Shown here: in pieces, positions 27,605 through 36,759 of the stretch
How positions within the stretch are numbered: the stretch's first letter is position 1
How the letters are laid out: each line of letters begins with the position of its first letter
Source of the DNA: a virus
Reading direction: 5' to 3' (one strand)
IMG/VR virus record: IMGVR_UViG_3300042565_001021
Location: 64,001 to 128,000 of that record
Length of the DNA stretch: 64,000 bases
Translations under genes and position numbers: made by a program
Notes under the pieces: generated by a model
The model's database searches: none
Told to the model about the DNA's origin: nothing
The model's input: the letters and a program-made list of their open reading frames with translations, nothing else

Positions 27605-28011
27605 TCTTTGTTGCCACCTTTATATAGATCAGCAATACCTTTGCCAAAGTCATTTCCGTTGTATATACGCATAGACGATGGGATAATATCGTTGCCTAAC
27701 TCTTTAGCAAAGACATACATCTCTTTCGCAATACCTTGTCGGCGATACTCTGGCTTTACTTCGACGAATACTGCTTCTAAGTTGTTGTCTGTCACTTTGT
27801 ATGTTACGTTGCCTACTTTGTTGCCTTTAGCAGTGAAGGCGTCAATGTGAAAGTTTTCGCTTGTATTAATCTTCTTAGTTGGCGAATACGGTAGCGGGCC
27901 GTGGTATGCTTTAAGCATATACTTGCCGCCGAGTATCTCTTTCGTCTTTTCAAACCCGCGGCGGAATACTTGCGGGTTGATGCTGTCAGTTATGAACTCA
28001 GATGATTTCAT
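27601..28011 (-). CDS. putative capsid-internal GNAT acetyltransferase
   Basis: Leader MKSSEFITD; VEVKPEYRRQGIAKEMY. Confidence 0.78.
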   Translation of the reverse strand: MKSSEFITDSINPQVFRRGFEKTKEILGGKYMLKAYHGPLPYSPTKKINTSENFHIDAFTAKGNKVGNVTYKVTDNNLEAVFVEVKPEYRRQGIAKEMYVFAKELGNDIIPSSMRIYNGNDFGKGIADLYKGGNKE

Positions 28012-28448
28012 TGCACTCCTTTAATTACTAATCGCCAATCACTAAATTTTAATCGCAACACAGTTAAGAACTGATCTTTATCTGACTCAGTCTGAAATAG
28101 TAAAGTGTTACTAAGCTTATCCCCACTAACTCGCTCACCGTCCGGAAATCGATATATCTGTCCTAAGTATTCAAAATAAAACATGTCAGTTTGATGATCT
28201 TGTAATACTACTGGACCAGAAAAGTGTTTCACTGATAATAATTTACCAAGAGGAATAACAAGAAAACTAACTGGAGAAACCTTTGCCCCGATCTGCGGTG
28301 TAACTTGTTGCTGTTGAGCCAAGAAACTTTGAAGAATCTTAAAATCATCATTATCCTCAAATAACTCAGGACGATCTAATAGCATAATACGGACATCCTC
28401 GTATTGCTCATCTAACACATCAATATAAGAGAACTCAGAGGATTTCAT
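28008..28448 (-). CDS. putative capsid-internal protein
   Basis: Leader MKSSEF. Confidence 0.6.
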   Translation of the reverse strand: MKSSEFSYIDVLDEQYEDVRIMLLDRPELFEDNDDFKILQSFLAQQQQVTPQIGAKVSPVSFLVIPLGKLLSVKHFSGPVVLQDHQTDMFYFEYLGQIYRFPDGERVSGDKLSNTLLFQTESDKDQFLTVLRLKFSDWRLVIKGVQ

Positions 28449-28870
28449 ATTTGCTGTAACACCGGAATTGATGTTAACCCTAATTCAATAGCTCGTTGCA
28501 CACGGTGATTTCCGTCTATTATAAAACCATCTTTAGCTAATACCGGTGGAGTTTGAGTTAAACTTTGATAAGTAACATTTCTGGCGCGAGCCTGGTCCAT
28601 TTTAAATGGATCAGAGTTAATAATATCCGTCCCTGCTTCTTGATCGCTAAACGTTCTATATCGAGATGCTTCGTCAGAACTAATATTTGTTAATTTATAT
28701 TTGTGCTTAGAGATATACGTCCTATCACCTGCACCCAAATACATGTGCTCATCTAAATAATCTGCTACTACACTTCCGCGCACTATGTCACCAGGTTTGC
28801 CCCAAGCAAAGCCAACAACTCGCTTAATAAAGTCGATCAACCCCTCAGTTATGAATTCTGTCGACTTCAT
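28445..28870 (-). CDS. putative capsid-internal ParB/Srx-like protein
   Basis: Leader MKSTEFITE; PPVL....IIDGNHRV..A..LG...IPV. Confidence 0.75.
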   Translation of the reverse strand: MKSTEFITEGLIDFIKRVVGFAWGKPGDIVRGSVVADYLDEHMYLGAGDRTYISKHKYKLTNISSDEASRYRTFSDQEAGTDIINSDPFKMDQARARNVTYQSLTQTPPVLAKDGFIIDGNHRVQRAIELGLTSIPVLQQI

Positions 28871-29280
28871 TATCTCTTCCGTGTGCAAGCAGGGTGTGAA
28901 CCGTCACTCAATGATTTGCGGATTGCTTCGGAGTAGCGTGTCCATTTCGTTAGCTCTGCGTCGCTCAGTTCCATAAAGCGATTGTCCATCTCTACCCAGG
29001 CTTTTTCAATATCCGTTAATGGTTTGTTATACTGGTATTCGTGCTCGCGGATCTTATCTTCAGCGTTGATTGCTGCTGCGCGATGCTGTACAATACACTT
29101 CTTCGCTGCTTCGCTTGCTGCACCAGAATCAAAACGGTTCTTACCTTCAAAGCGTCCAATCTCTTTGCCATCAGCAGTAGCTACGAAGGTGTTCGTTAAA
29201 TCACCATCCTCGTCTTGGAGGCGGGTAATCTCATACTTTACCTTGCGAGCATCTTCTTTTAGGAATTCTTTGCTTAACAT
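28870..29280 (-). CDS. putative capsid-internal protein
   Basis: Leader MLSKEFLKE. Confidence 0.6.
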   Translation of the reverse strand: MLSKEFLKEDARKVKYEITRLQDEDGDLTNTFVATADGKEIGRFEGKNRFDSGAASEAAKKCIVQHRAAAINAEDKIREHEYQYNKPLTDIEKAWVEMDNRFMELSDAELTKWTRYSEAIRKSLSDGSHPACTRKR

Positions 29281-29972
29281 TAAACGGTTTCTCCCCAGGC
29301 AGTCATTAAGTTAACCACCATGCTGTCATTGTTTGGTCCATACAAAGGGAGTAAATAAAAAGACTCAGCGTGTAGCATAACTTCGTTTTTACTTCTGACT
29401 GCTTCTTTAACTGCGCCGACTTGATAGTCCCCGTCATCAAGCATCCATTTAATGGCCCCTATTAGGTTACGGTTGTTAGTATCTCCAACCCAATAACTCT
29501 TGCTAAATCCCGCTGCGGCAACTACCTCGCTAGGATAATGGTTAAACAAGAACATGTCGAGATGCTCAGTAAGGTCAGATATCTCGGGCGACCAACAAGC
29601 AGTAAATTCTCCTCTTGGAATGACTAATAAAGGATTGCCGTAGTCTCTAGCCATACCTTGAGATCCGGTCGCAAACAAAGCATTACTTCTGAACTTTATG
29701 CCAGTCGTTTCCTCGAAATATGCGTCGGCAATCTGATGAATAGCAAGGGGAGTATCTTTTGGCTTTCTGTTGACCGGGCACATGAGCACAGTGACTTGGT
29801 CAACACCCCTTCTTCCGTGATATAAGTCGTGCCTGTATAAGTCAAAGTCGATGGACTTTAGGTAAGGTTGACACTCGCTTTTTAGTACCTCAGCAAAACG
29901 GCGGAATTCCGGGGAGATAACAATTTCTTTCCCGGCTACAGTTACTTCAGTTATAAATTCAGAGCTTTTCAC
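29280..29972 (-). CDS. putative capsid-internal protein, possible ART fold
   Basis: Leader MKSSEFITE; LYHG, RSNALFATG, NEVM. Confidence 0.65.
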   Translation of the reverse strand: MKSSEFITEVTVAGKEIVISPEFRRFAEVLKSECQPYLKSIDFDLYRHDLYHGRRGVDQVTVLMCPVNRKPKDTPLAIHQIADAYFEETTGIKFRSNALFATGSQGMARDYGNPLLVIPRGEFTACWSPEISDLTEHLDMFLFNHYPSEVVAAAGFSKSYWVGDTNNRNLIGAIKWMLDDGDYQVGAVKEAVRSKNEVMLHAESFYLLPLYGPNNDSMVVNLMTAWGETV

Positions 29973-30004
29973 TACTCGACATCCTTGGACATCGAGTATT
30001 TATC
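29973..30004 (-). promoter_or_regulatory. late promoter overlapping an RBS-enclosing hairpin
   Basis: TAAATA; TACTCGA...TCGAGTA inverted repeat around AAGGA, just before GTG. Confidence 0.6.
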
Positions 30005-30007
30005 TGT

Positions 30008-30595
30008 TTAGCGTCGAGTAATGATTTCGTCCACTAAGCCAAAGTCCAGGGCTTCTTGTGCGGACATGAAATTATCACGCTCCATGGCAGCAGCAAATTC
30101 GTCAAACGTCTTGCCTTTGCTATTGTGATCAACGTAGATCTGCGTAAGAACCTTCTTCATTTTGAGGATTTCTTCGACCTGAATAAGCATGTCCGTTGCT
30201 TGACCACGTGCACCACCGCTAGGTTGGTGAATCATGTGTCGTGCATACGGGAGGATCATGCGCTTACCTTTCGCGCCTGCTTGAGCAAGCAACGAACCCA
30301 TGCTACAGGCCTGACCCATTACGATAGTGCGAACGTCACACTTTACGAATTGCATGGTATCGTAGATGGCCATACCTGCCGTTACGATGCCGCCCGGGGA
30401 GTTGATGTAAAAGATAATCTCTTTGTCTGCATCTTCTGCTTCAAGGAACAACATTTGCGCTACGACTACGCTAGACGACACCTCGTTTACGTCATCGTGA
30501 AGCATAACGATACGGTCTTTAAGCAAGCGACTGTAGATATCGTAGCTACGTTCGCCTTTAGCGGTTTGCTCGACTACCATTGGAATAAGGGACAC
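30008..30595 (-). CDS. clpP: ATP-dependent Clp protease proteolytic subunit
   Basis: [35 protein letters not shown]. Confidence 0.95.
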   Translation of the reverse strand: MSLIPMVVEQTAKGERSYDIYSRLLKDRIVMLHDDVNEVSSSVVVAQMLFLEAEDADKEIIFYINSPGGIVTAGMAIYDTMQFVKCDVRTIVMGQACSMGSLLAQAGAKGKRMILPYARHMIHQPSGGARGQATDMLIQVEEILKMKKVLTQIYVDHNSKGKTFDEFAAAMERDNFMSAQEALDFGLVDEIITRR

Positions 30596-30662
30596 GGGTT
30601 ACCTTTCAAATTGTTAAGTTATATACTAACATAACTGAATAGCAAAGGTCAATCTGTTTGGC

Positions 30663-30748
30663 ATAAATAAAAGTGCAGTTCGCGATGTTGAAGCATCCAA
30701 CTGCCCTAGACTAACCAGGAGGCTATATGTCCAGCAATAATACTTATT
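30663..30748 (+). promoter_or_regulatory. late promoter plus conserved structured leader (copy 2)
   Basis: TAAATA; GCAGTT-CGC-GATG/CATC-C-AACTGC; AGGAGG. Confidence 0.75.
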
Positions 30749-31275
30749 ACGTTTACGCATATCTGCGCAATAAAGACTCAAAAACTGCTAAAGCAGGAAC
30801 ACCTTATTATATTGGCAAAGGATCAGGACGACGCGCCTGGGTAACCCATAAACATAAGACCCCGGTGCCGAAAGATAAAACGTTTATTGTTCTACTTGAA
30901 CAGAATTTAACTGAAGTCGGAGCATTAGCCTTAGAGAGGAGAATGATTGCTTGGCATGGAAGAAAAGATTTAGGAACAGGCATTCTATTAAATAGAACAG
31001 ACGGAGGAGACGGTTGTAGCGGAGTTATTATGTCTGAATTAACTAAAGAAAAACGTAATGCTGCGCAAAGAGGAAAGAAGTTGTCAGAAGAACATAAGAG
31101 AAAAATATCTGTCGGTTCAAAATCAAGACCGCCTATATCCGAAGAAACGAGAGAAAAATTTAGGCTACGAAACAAAAACCGGGCGCCGATGACAGCTGAA
31201 GAGAGGGTAAAATTATCAATTGCAGTAACGCAGTCATGGGCAAGAAGAAAATTACTTAAATCTTCTGCCGCTTAA
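30727..31275 (+). CDS. GIY-YIG homing endonuclease with NUMOD3-like repeats
   Basis: YYVYAYLR...PYYIGKG, LLNRTDGGDG, LSEEHKRKIS. Confidence 0.85.
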   Translation: MSSNNTYYVYAYLRNKDSKTAKAGTPYYIGKGSGRRAWVTHKHKTPVPKDKTFIVLLEQNLTEVGALALERRMIAWHGRKDLGTGILLNRTDGGDGCSGVIMSELTKEKRNAAQRGKKLSEEHKRKISVGSKSRPPISEETREKFRLRNKNRAPMTAEERVKLSIAVTQSWARRKLLKSSAA

Positions 31276-31720
31276 TCCATTTGATTTCATCATATGTTGT
31301 TTTCAACGGAATACCAAAGCTTGCTAATTTCTTTCGAAATATGAAAAACGAAGGACCATGACTTAAGAGCGGAGCCCTACCTGAAGTTATTCTATCGGCG
31401 CCAAGGACCGACCATTGGTATTGATGGCACATTTCATGCGCTAGGATCATTATCATCCATTGAATACAGAAGAACCTGTAATTTAGCTTTATCTTCGTGT
31501 AATGCTTCGGCTCAGAAAAGCCTATACACATTCCCCACACGTTTAGGTTGCGTAGGTTGATGCTTGGGTGTTTTAACTTACCGTCGAATATATGGGTATT
31601 TAATAGATCGTATGCTTGGTGCACATCTTCTATTTTAGGCTGATACTTCTTCTTCCGCTGATAACGCTTACTAGGCAACGGAATCTTCATTAGTTCGATA
31701 AGGGAAGTAGAAGGAAGCAC
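31256..31720 (-). CDS. SprT-like zinc metalloprotease
   Basis: LNTHIFDGKL..P, LAHEMCHQYQ, SHGPSF. Confidence 0.8.
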   Translation of the reverse strand: MLPSTSLIELMKIPLPSKRYQRKKKYQPKIEDVHQAYDLLNTHIFDGKLKHPSINLRNLNVWGMCIGFSEPKHYTKIKLNYRFFCIQWMIMILAHEMCHQYQWSVLGADRITSGRAPLLSHGPSFFIFRKKLASFGIPLKTTYDEIKWIKRQKI

Positions 31721-31758
31721 ATGTTATTTAGTGCTTCGCTTCTACTATTTTGGAGTGG

Positions 31759-32211
31759 TTAATTCCAGATTTTTACTTGGTGCTTACACAGCAGACCGGT
31801 TGTGTCCGGAGTAACGTCAATCAATAACCCGGCCTCTTGGATTACATACGTTCCGTTGGACAGCTCAAGAAACTTGTACTTATCCAGCATATACCAGCCT
31901 GCGTCGTACCGCCCTTCGACAGGCGTATGCGCTGCAATATTGACGAAGTAGTTATTGGTCTTCTTGTCGTGGCAGGCGTCGGTAATTTCCCAGGTCCGAA
32001 GGAGAGCGTCGATGCATCGTCCGGTAACATCTTCGTAACTTGCGGCTGGTGCTGTGGCTACTTGTTCAACGGTTGCGACCTTTGGATCTTCTTTCTGAAG
32101 TTCAGACGCAAGCCAAAACCCTCCAGCAGTCACTGCGGCCGATACTGCAAAGACCGCAACTATTGTCAGTCCAATTCGGATTTTTCGGAAGTGTTCAGGG
32201 GGTATCATCAT
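31759..32211 (-). CDS. membrane-anchored hypothetical protein
   Basis: N-terminal TM. Confidence 0.6.
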   Translation of the reverse strand: MMIPPEHFRKIRIGLTIVAVFAVSAAVTAGGFWLASELQKEDPKVATVEQVATAPAASYEDVTGRCIDALLRTWEITDACHDKKTNNYFVNIAAHTPVEGRYDAGWYMLDKYKFLELSNGTYVIQEAGLLIDVTPDTTGLLCKHQVKIWN

Positions 32212-32318
32212 TTGGTGGTTTCCTTTTGACAGCTTCTGCTACAAGAGAGACAACCGTCGGCGCCATAAGAAGCACACCGATCAGTATCCCGAGAAGCATA
32301 GCATTTTGTTCAGTGAGT

Positions 32319-32537
32319 TCACACATCGTCGTCACTTCTTTCCACAATGAAGTTTGCGGTGGTTTGGACGATGTAATCAACTTCTTCGAACTCCACGTCT
32401 GGACGCTTGGAAAGCACGAATGCCTTCCTGGCATCACGAGTGGCGCGATCAAGGAAGACTTCGCACGGAGTGTAAAACACGCTCCAGCCCTCCCTGCTAC
32501 CGTCGTCCTCGTCGTAATACAACAGGAAGACGTCCAT
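32319..32537 (-). CDS. hypothetical protein
   Basis: ORF in operon. Confidence 0.55.
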   Translation of the reverse strand: MDVFLLYYDEDDGSREGWSVFYTPCEVFLDRATRDARKAFVLSKRPDVEFEEVDYIVQTTANFIVERSDDDV

Positions 32538-32540
32538 TGA

Positions 32541-32738
32541 TTACCCCTTTACCTTGTAAGGCACGGAGGTCTTCACGACCTGCTTGATGGCTTCAAGCGC
32601 CATCTCGTACGAGGCAGCGGGCACCTCGGCAATCACATACGACGCAGCTTTCTGCGTGTTGTATTGCAGTTCATAAACGGCCTTGGTAGCGGCCACCGTT
32701 ACTGCTTCGTTCAAAACTACTGCTTGGGCTTTTGCCAT
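32541..32738 (-). CDS. hypothetical protein
   Basis: AAGGAG SD. Confidence 0.6.
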   Translation of the reverse strand: MAKAQAVVLNEAVTVAATKAVYELQYNTQKAASYVIAEVPAASYEMALEAIKQVVKTSVPYKVKG

Positions 32739-32775
32739 TTTTACTACTCCTTATTGTGCTACGGTTGAAAAACTT

Positions 32776-33036
32776 TTAGCCTTGATCCTTTTGTGCGTTA
32801 GGTTTAAGTTGCGGCTCCATTTTGATGTCGAGCTCGCGGATAGTTTCGCTTGGAAGCCAAATGCCACTCGGCACTTTTACCTGACACCCTTGCATCGGTC
32901 CCCAGCGCACAGGCAGTCCGCTGTCTTCCCACTTGCTTTGGCATTCCCACTTGGCCATTCCGTACACAAACAGGATCATAGCAGGCAGTAGAAGAATTAA
33001 AAGAATGAGCCACACGTCGCCTTTTTGCTTTTTCAT
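32776..33036 (-). CDS. hypothetical membrane protein
   Basis: TM then C...W...GC.V. Confidence 0.6.
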   Translation of the reverse strand: MKKQKGDVWLILLILLLPAMILFVYGMAKWECQSKWEDSGLPVRWGPMQGCQVKVPSGIWLPSETIRELDIKMEPQLKPNAQKDQG

Positions 33037-33353
33037 TTGTCCTCCACTGTGGTTAAAACTGCTCTGTCGTCTTCGACAGTTATTTCGTAGGTGTAGTCAC
33101 CTTCGTCGCTCGGATGGCACAGGTAAATGTCGCCAGCGCCTTCTTTGAAGTTAGCAATCACTTGCGCGGCCAAGCAGTCCAGACCGTTAGCAAACTCGCC
33201 ATCGGGCATCGTCATAGGAATTCCTTGGCCGATTGTGAAATACTTGAGATAATTTTCTAGTGTTTCTTTGAAGTCGGCTCCGTCGCAATGCTTGTAGAAA
33301 GCATACAGCGGTTTTCCTGCTTCGACAAAGCGGACCACGCAGCAGGTGCTCAT
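33033..33353 (-). CDS. hypothetical protein
   Basis: YKHCDG...ANGLDCLAAQVIA.FK. Confidence 0.65.
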   Translation of the reverse strand: MSTCCVVRFVEAGKPLYAFYKHCDGADFKETLENYLKYFTIGQGIPMTMPDGEFANGLDCLAAQVIANFKEGAGDIYLCHPSDEGDYTYEITVEDDRAVLTTVEDK

Positions 33354-33697
33354 GCTATTCGATCCCTCGTTGTGCGTTGTGCTTCTGACGTGCGCGAGTC
33401 GCAAACTTGCCGCGCTTGACTTTGTGCTGGCCAGCGCCGCAGGTCTTTGCGTTCTTTGCGACGAAATTGCGTTGCTTAATCATTTTTGTCTTCTTCACTT
33501 TAGTCTTTGTCGGGGACGGTTTCCGCCATAACTCTTGCCTACTGCCCAGGTGCGTATACTGTACGCTGAGGTCCTGCGTCGCTGTCGATCCCGTACAGGA
33601 TGTTAAGAACCCCGTAATCAGTGTTGATGTCGTCAACGTTCTCAATGACGTCGTAGCGAGCATCGTGCGGCTTTGAGATTCTAACTGTGGTCGCCAA

Positions 33698-33907
33698 TTA
33701 CTTCACCTTTACCACGTAACCGTTTTCGATAGTGGCCTCGGCGTACCAGCTGTGGGCCTGCGGATAGTGCGGCCCTTCCAGGCATACTGTGCCTTGCTTG
33801 GGTTCGTTGCCGCCGAATGGCCCTGGTTGATAGATGCGGACCTTCTCGCCTGCGGCAACAGCTTCCTTCAGCGCCTTCTTCGTTTTGAAATTCGTTGTCG
33901 TGTACAT
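33698..33907 (-). CDS. hypothetical protein
   Basis: NFKTKKALKEAV...EGPHYP..HSWYA. Confidence 0.7.
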   Translation of the reverse strand: MYTTTNFKTKKALKEAVAAGEKVRIYQPGPFGGNEPKQGTVCLEGPHYPQAHSWYAEATIENGYVVKVK

Positions 33908-33909
33908 AT

Positions 33910-34200
33910 TTACATGCTCCAGTAAAGGTTGGTCGAAGGATCGCAAGGACCGCCTTGATCAGACCTGCGGATGAGCACCGGCTTGCCGCTCATCATGTTT
34001 GTCACTGTGACCAGCGGATCGTGTTTCATCGAAAAGTCTTCGTAGGTCATCACAACCCACTGCGCGGTGTTGCCGTATTCCTTGTTCAAACGTGCCGCTA
34101 CGCCTTTCGCGCCGCGTTCGGTGTCGTAGGAGGCCGAACCGTATTTGCCGGGCTTGCGGTAAAGTCGCTCAGTTCCGACATTCATTATCACGTAACTCAT
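33910..34200 (-). CDS. early hypothetical protein
   Basis: NMMSGK...CDPSTNLYWSM; follows class B promoter. Confidence 0.7.
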   Translation of the reverse strand: MSYVIMNVGTERLYRKPGKYGSASYDTERGAKGVAARLNKEYGNTAQWVVMTYEDFSMKHDPLVTVTNMMSGKPVLIRRSDQGGPCDPSTNLYWSM

Positions 34201-34215
34201 TTGTTGCTCCGTTTT

Positions 34216-34262
34216 GTTAGCGTATGAGCGTATTATACAGCCATTTCGCTCAAAGGTCAACC
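34216..34262 (-). promoter_or_regulatory. repeated early promoter cassette (class B)
   Basis: GGTTGACC...TGTATAATACGCTCATACGCTAAC, also at 53108..53153. Confidence 0.75.
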
Positions 34263-34263
34263 A

Positions 34264-34452
34264 TTATTTGCAAGTAGCAACCTTGCCGTCGGGCATGTAT
34301 TTTACAGTGACACCAGACGTGAATTGGAGATACAGAACGCCATCCACGCATGTCTGCGTTCCGCCGCCAGTTATAGCGGAGATATTGCGATCAACGACGC
34401 CGCAGGCAGACAGTGACAGGACAGCAGCAAGGATAAGGAGTGTGGTTTTCAT
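34264..34452 (-). CDS. small lipoprotein
   Basis: Lipobox LSAC. Confidence 0.7.
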   Translation of the reverse strand: MKTTLLILAAVLSLSACGVVDRNISAITGGGTQTCVDGVLYLQFTSGVTVKYMPDGKVATCK

Positions 34453-34464
34453 TTTGTTTCCTTT

Positions 34465-34842
34465 TTAGAGGTACATCATTTCTTCGGAGTTGCGCTTGGC
34501 AGTGGCCGCAGCGTCAAAGTCCCAGTTCCTCCAGCAAAACGCATTCAGGTCCAGCCTGTGCGTCCGTGCCATCCTGGAGCCCGGGTACGCAACAATGGTC
34601 ACGCACTTCTCAGTGATTTTGGTGATCGTCCCGGTGTAGGACAAGTTGTAGGAATCGTATTCGGCTTCGTCGCCGACGCGCAGGGTGACGCCTTGCTTGA
34701 TGCTGCCGTCTTTTTGCGCTTTGTGGATTGTGATGCTGTCGTAACCGCCTTTGACGAACTTGCCAAAGTAAGCCTGGTATTCGGTGGGGGAAGCAGGATA
34801 AATCGTGCCGTGGAATTTGCGGGCTTTGGACATGACGATCAT
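34465..34842 (-). CDS. early hypothetical protein
   Basis: VGDEAEYDSYNLSYTGTITKITEK; follows class A promoter. Confidence 0.7.
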   Translation of the reverse strand: MIVMSKARKFHGTIYPASPTEYQAYFGKFVKGGYDSITIHKAQKDGSIKQGVTLRVGDEAEYDSYNLSYTGTITKITEKCVTIVAYPGSRMARTHRLDLNAFCWRNWDFDAAATAKRNSEEMMYL

Positions 34843-34859
34843 TTGCTTTTCTCCGTTAC

Positions 34860-34934
34860 GTTATTCAATAAAGCTATTATACGCTCTTTTTAGGAAAAGT
34901 CAACCGAAATCTTAGGCGTTGTAAGTCATTGATT
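34860..34934 (-). promoter_or_regulatory. class A early promoter with upstream IHF-like site
   Basis: TTGACT...TATAATAGCTTTATTGAATAAC; TAAGTCATTGATT at 34922-34934. Confidence 0.75.
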
Positions 34935-35123
34935 ACCTTCGGGTTTTATGTCTTTAAGATTGACCCATTTGTCACCTATTAGTATCTCAATGTCTCCGTT
35001 TTGGTACAAACGGAACACTCCGAGGTCAGTGACGCGCTCAGTATATGGCGGCGGAGTAGTCTGGTCTGGCATTGAAATATTTACGCCAGATTGCTGTAGA
35101 AAAAAGCTGAGCGTTAACTCAAA

Positions 35124-35149
35124 AGAAAAGCCCGTCAACCGGGCTTTCC
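35124..35149 (-). terminator. rho-independent terminator
   Basis: AAAGCCCG...CGGGCTTT. Confidence 0.65.
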
Positions 35150-35171
35150 TGTATTACTGCCTGTTAAAGCA

Positions 35172-35657
35172 TTAGGCTCCGCTGTAATCGATCGGAGGAG
35201 TAGCTGGTCCAGGAACCATAACAACAGTCTTAACGACCTTTGTTCCAGTTGAGTTAAACTTCTTGCCTGGTGGCACAAGAGCTTCGTCGAACGGGTAGAA
35301 CGTCGAAGTTGCGTTATCTGTTGCTGCGCCTTCTTGTGTTCCGTTGTTGTAAGTCTTGCCGTCTTCCTTAAACATAACCTTTAGGTCATAAGCAGGATCG
35401 GTATTTGCGATGTCTCCGGTGTCGCCAACGCGGGACGGTGCTGCTGCCGCTGAGTCTAAAGCTACAACCTTAACGATTGTGGAATCGCCCAAATCTACAG
35501 TTGCACCTGCTGCAACAGTTACTTCGTCGAATGGGTAAAAAGTTGATGTCGCGTTATCGACTGCTGTCCCTTCTTGAGTACCGTTGTTGTAGGTCTTGCC
35601 TTCGATCTTGAACATTACCTTTTCTGGTCCTGCGCTTCCATTTGTGTATGAGCTCAT
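35172..35657 (-). CDS. late protein with internal duplication
   Basis: KVMFK..GKTYNNGTQEG.A.DNATSTFYPFDE twice; TAAATA near 35698; AGGAG SD. Confidence 0.75.
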   Translation of the reverse strand: MSSYTNGSAGPEKVMFKIEGKTYNNGTQEGTAVDNATSTFYPFDEVTVAAGATVDLGDSTIVKVVALDSAAAAPSRVGDTGDIANTDPAYDLKVMFKEDGKTYNNGTQEGAATDNATSTFYPFDEALVPPGKKFNSTGTKVVKTVVMVPGPATPPIDYSGA

Positions 35658-35766
35658 TTCTTAATTCTCCTATAGTTGTCTATTACGACATACAATTATT
35701 TAGTCTAAGTTAACAACAACTATTATTTTTCTACCTTTTTTGAGGAGAAATATGCGTATATTTTGA

Positions 35767-35961
35767 TTACAGCCATTTTAGCTTAAACATTAGGAATTCT
35801 GCTTCGGTTTTGAACGCAAAGTTTCGCATACCAACTCGCTTCCCAGATTGAGTAGCCGTACACCATTGTTCCATGTCATTCAATGTTGGCATTTGTGTAT
35901 CGGAAGTGTCTATTTTAACCATGATGTAGTTTTCGGTGTATGCTACTTCTTTAATTTTCAT
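35767..35961 (-). CDS. 'L(K/R)W'-family small protein
   Basis: WC...GKR...FAFKTEAEFLMFKLKWL. Confidence 0.75.
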   Translation of the reverse strand: MKIKEVAYTENYIMVKIDTSDTQMPTLNDMEQWCTATQSGKRVGMRNFAFKTEAEFLMFKLKWL

Positions 35962-36337
35962 TTTTGCCCGACCAAATTAAAGCAAACCATACAGCATCTT
36001 TTTCTTGCGTGAAGCTAAACGTAACAGGTGCCCATCCTACAGCCTTCCATGAGCGTTTGCTTTTGATGTTATGATAACACCAGTCAACCCGTGGGTCCAC
36101 ATCAGTTACATACTTTACCATTTTTGGCACTGTAATATGGTACTTCATTTTCTGCTCGGCCCAGGTCAGAGCAAACAAAACCGCGTCTGCTTCTTTATAG
36201 AACCAGAATCGCACTGGTTGATAACACGAGTAATCCCACTCGGCATAGTTCATTCGTTCAAGACACCAATGGATGCGCGGGTCCTGAGCTTCTAATCGAG
36301 TATCTGGCAAATCTATCATGTGGGAACACCTCTTCAT
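35951..36337 (-). CDS. 'L(K/R)W'-family tandem two-domain protein
   Basis: DPR..WC...EADAVLFALTW then DPR..WC...EKDAVWFALIW. Confidence 0.75.
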   Translation of the reverse strand: MKRCSHMIDLPDTRLEAQDPRIHWCLERMNYAEWDYSCYQPVRFWFYKEADAVLFALTWAEQKMKYHITVPKMVKYVTDVDPRVDWCYHNIKSKRSWKAVGWAPVTFSFTQEKDAVWFALIWSGKNEN

Positions 36338-36759
36338 GATCCACCCCACCGCAGCGCGAACCACATGAAATCTTTTTCGTCTTTGAACGCGAAGAACACG
36401 TAATCGAGGCCGCCGATATCGTTGAGGCAGTAACCGTTATATTCTGTTTTAATCACCCGGTGGACGTCATAGCGGTACTTGTGCTTTATATTTTCTTTAC
36501 ACCAGTTATCCATTTCATCTAATGCTTGTAACCAGTCGCCGTACTTTGTCCAAATGTCTCCGAGCGGATCTTCAAACGTGCGAACGTAAGGATACCCCTC
36601 ATACCAATTTGTAATTTGGGTTGCTCGGTAAATGACATCGGGGTCAAACCTACGTGCGTATTCCTCTTCGGACTCGCACCCGTTCTTTTTTAGAAACCTT
36701 TTTCGTTTCTTCTCGTGATATTTTTTCGAGAGAGTTTCAAAGTAACCTTTTAAGACCAT
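36334..36759 (-). CDS. 'L(K/R)W'-family protein with N-terminal extension
   Basis: WCKENI...FAFKDEKDFMWFALRW. Confidence 0.75.
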   Translation of the reverse strand: MVLKGYFETLSKKYHEKKRKRFLKKNGCESEEEYARRFDPDVIYRATQITNWYEGYPYVRTFEDPLGDIWTKYGDWLQALDEMDNWCKENIKHKYRYDVHRVIKTEYNGYCLNDIGGLDYVFFAFKDEKDFMWFALRWGGS

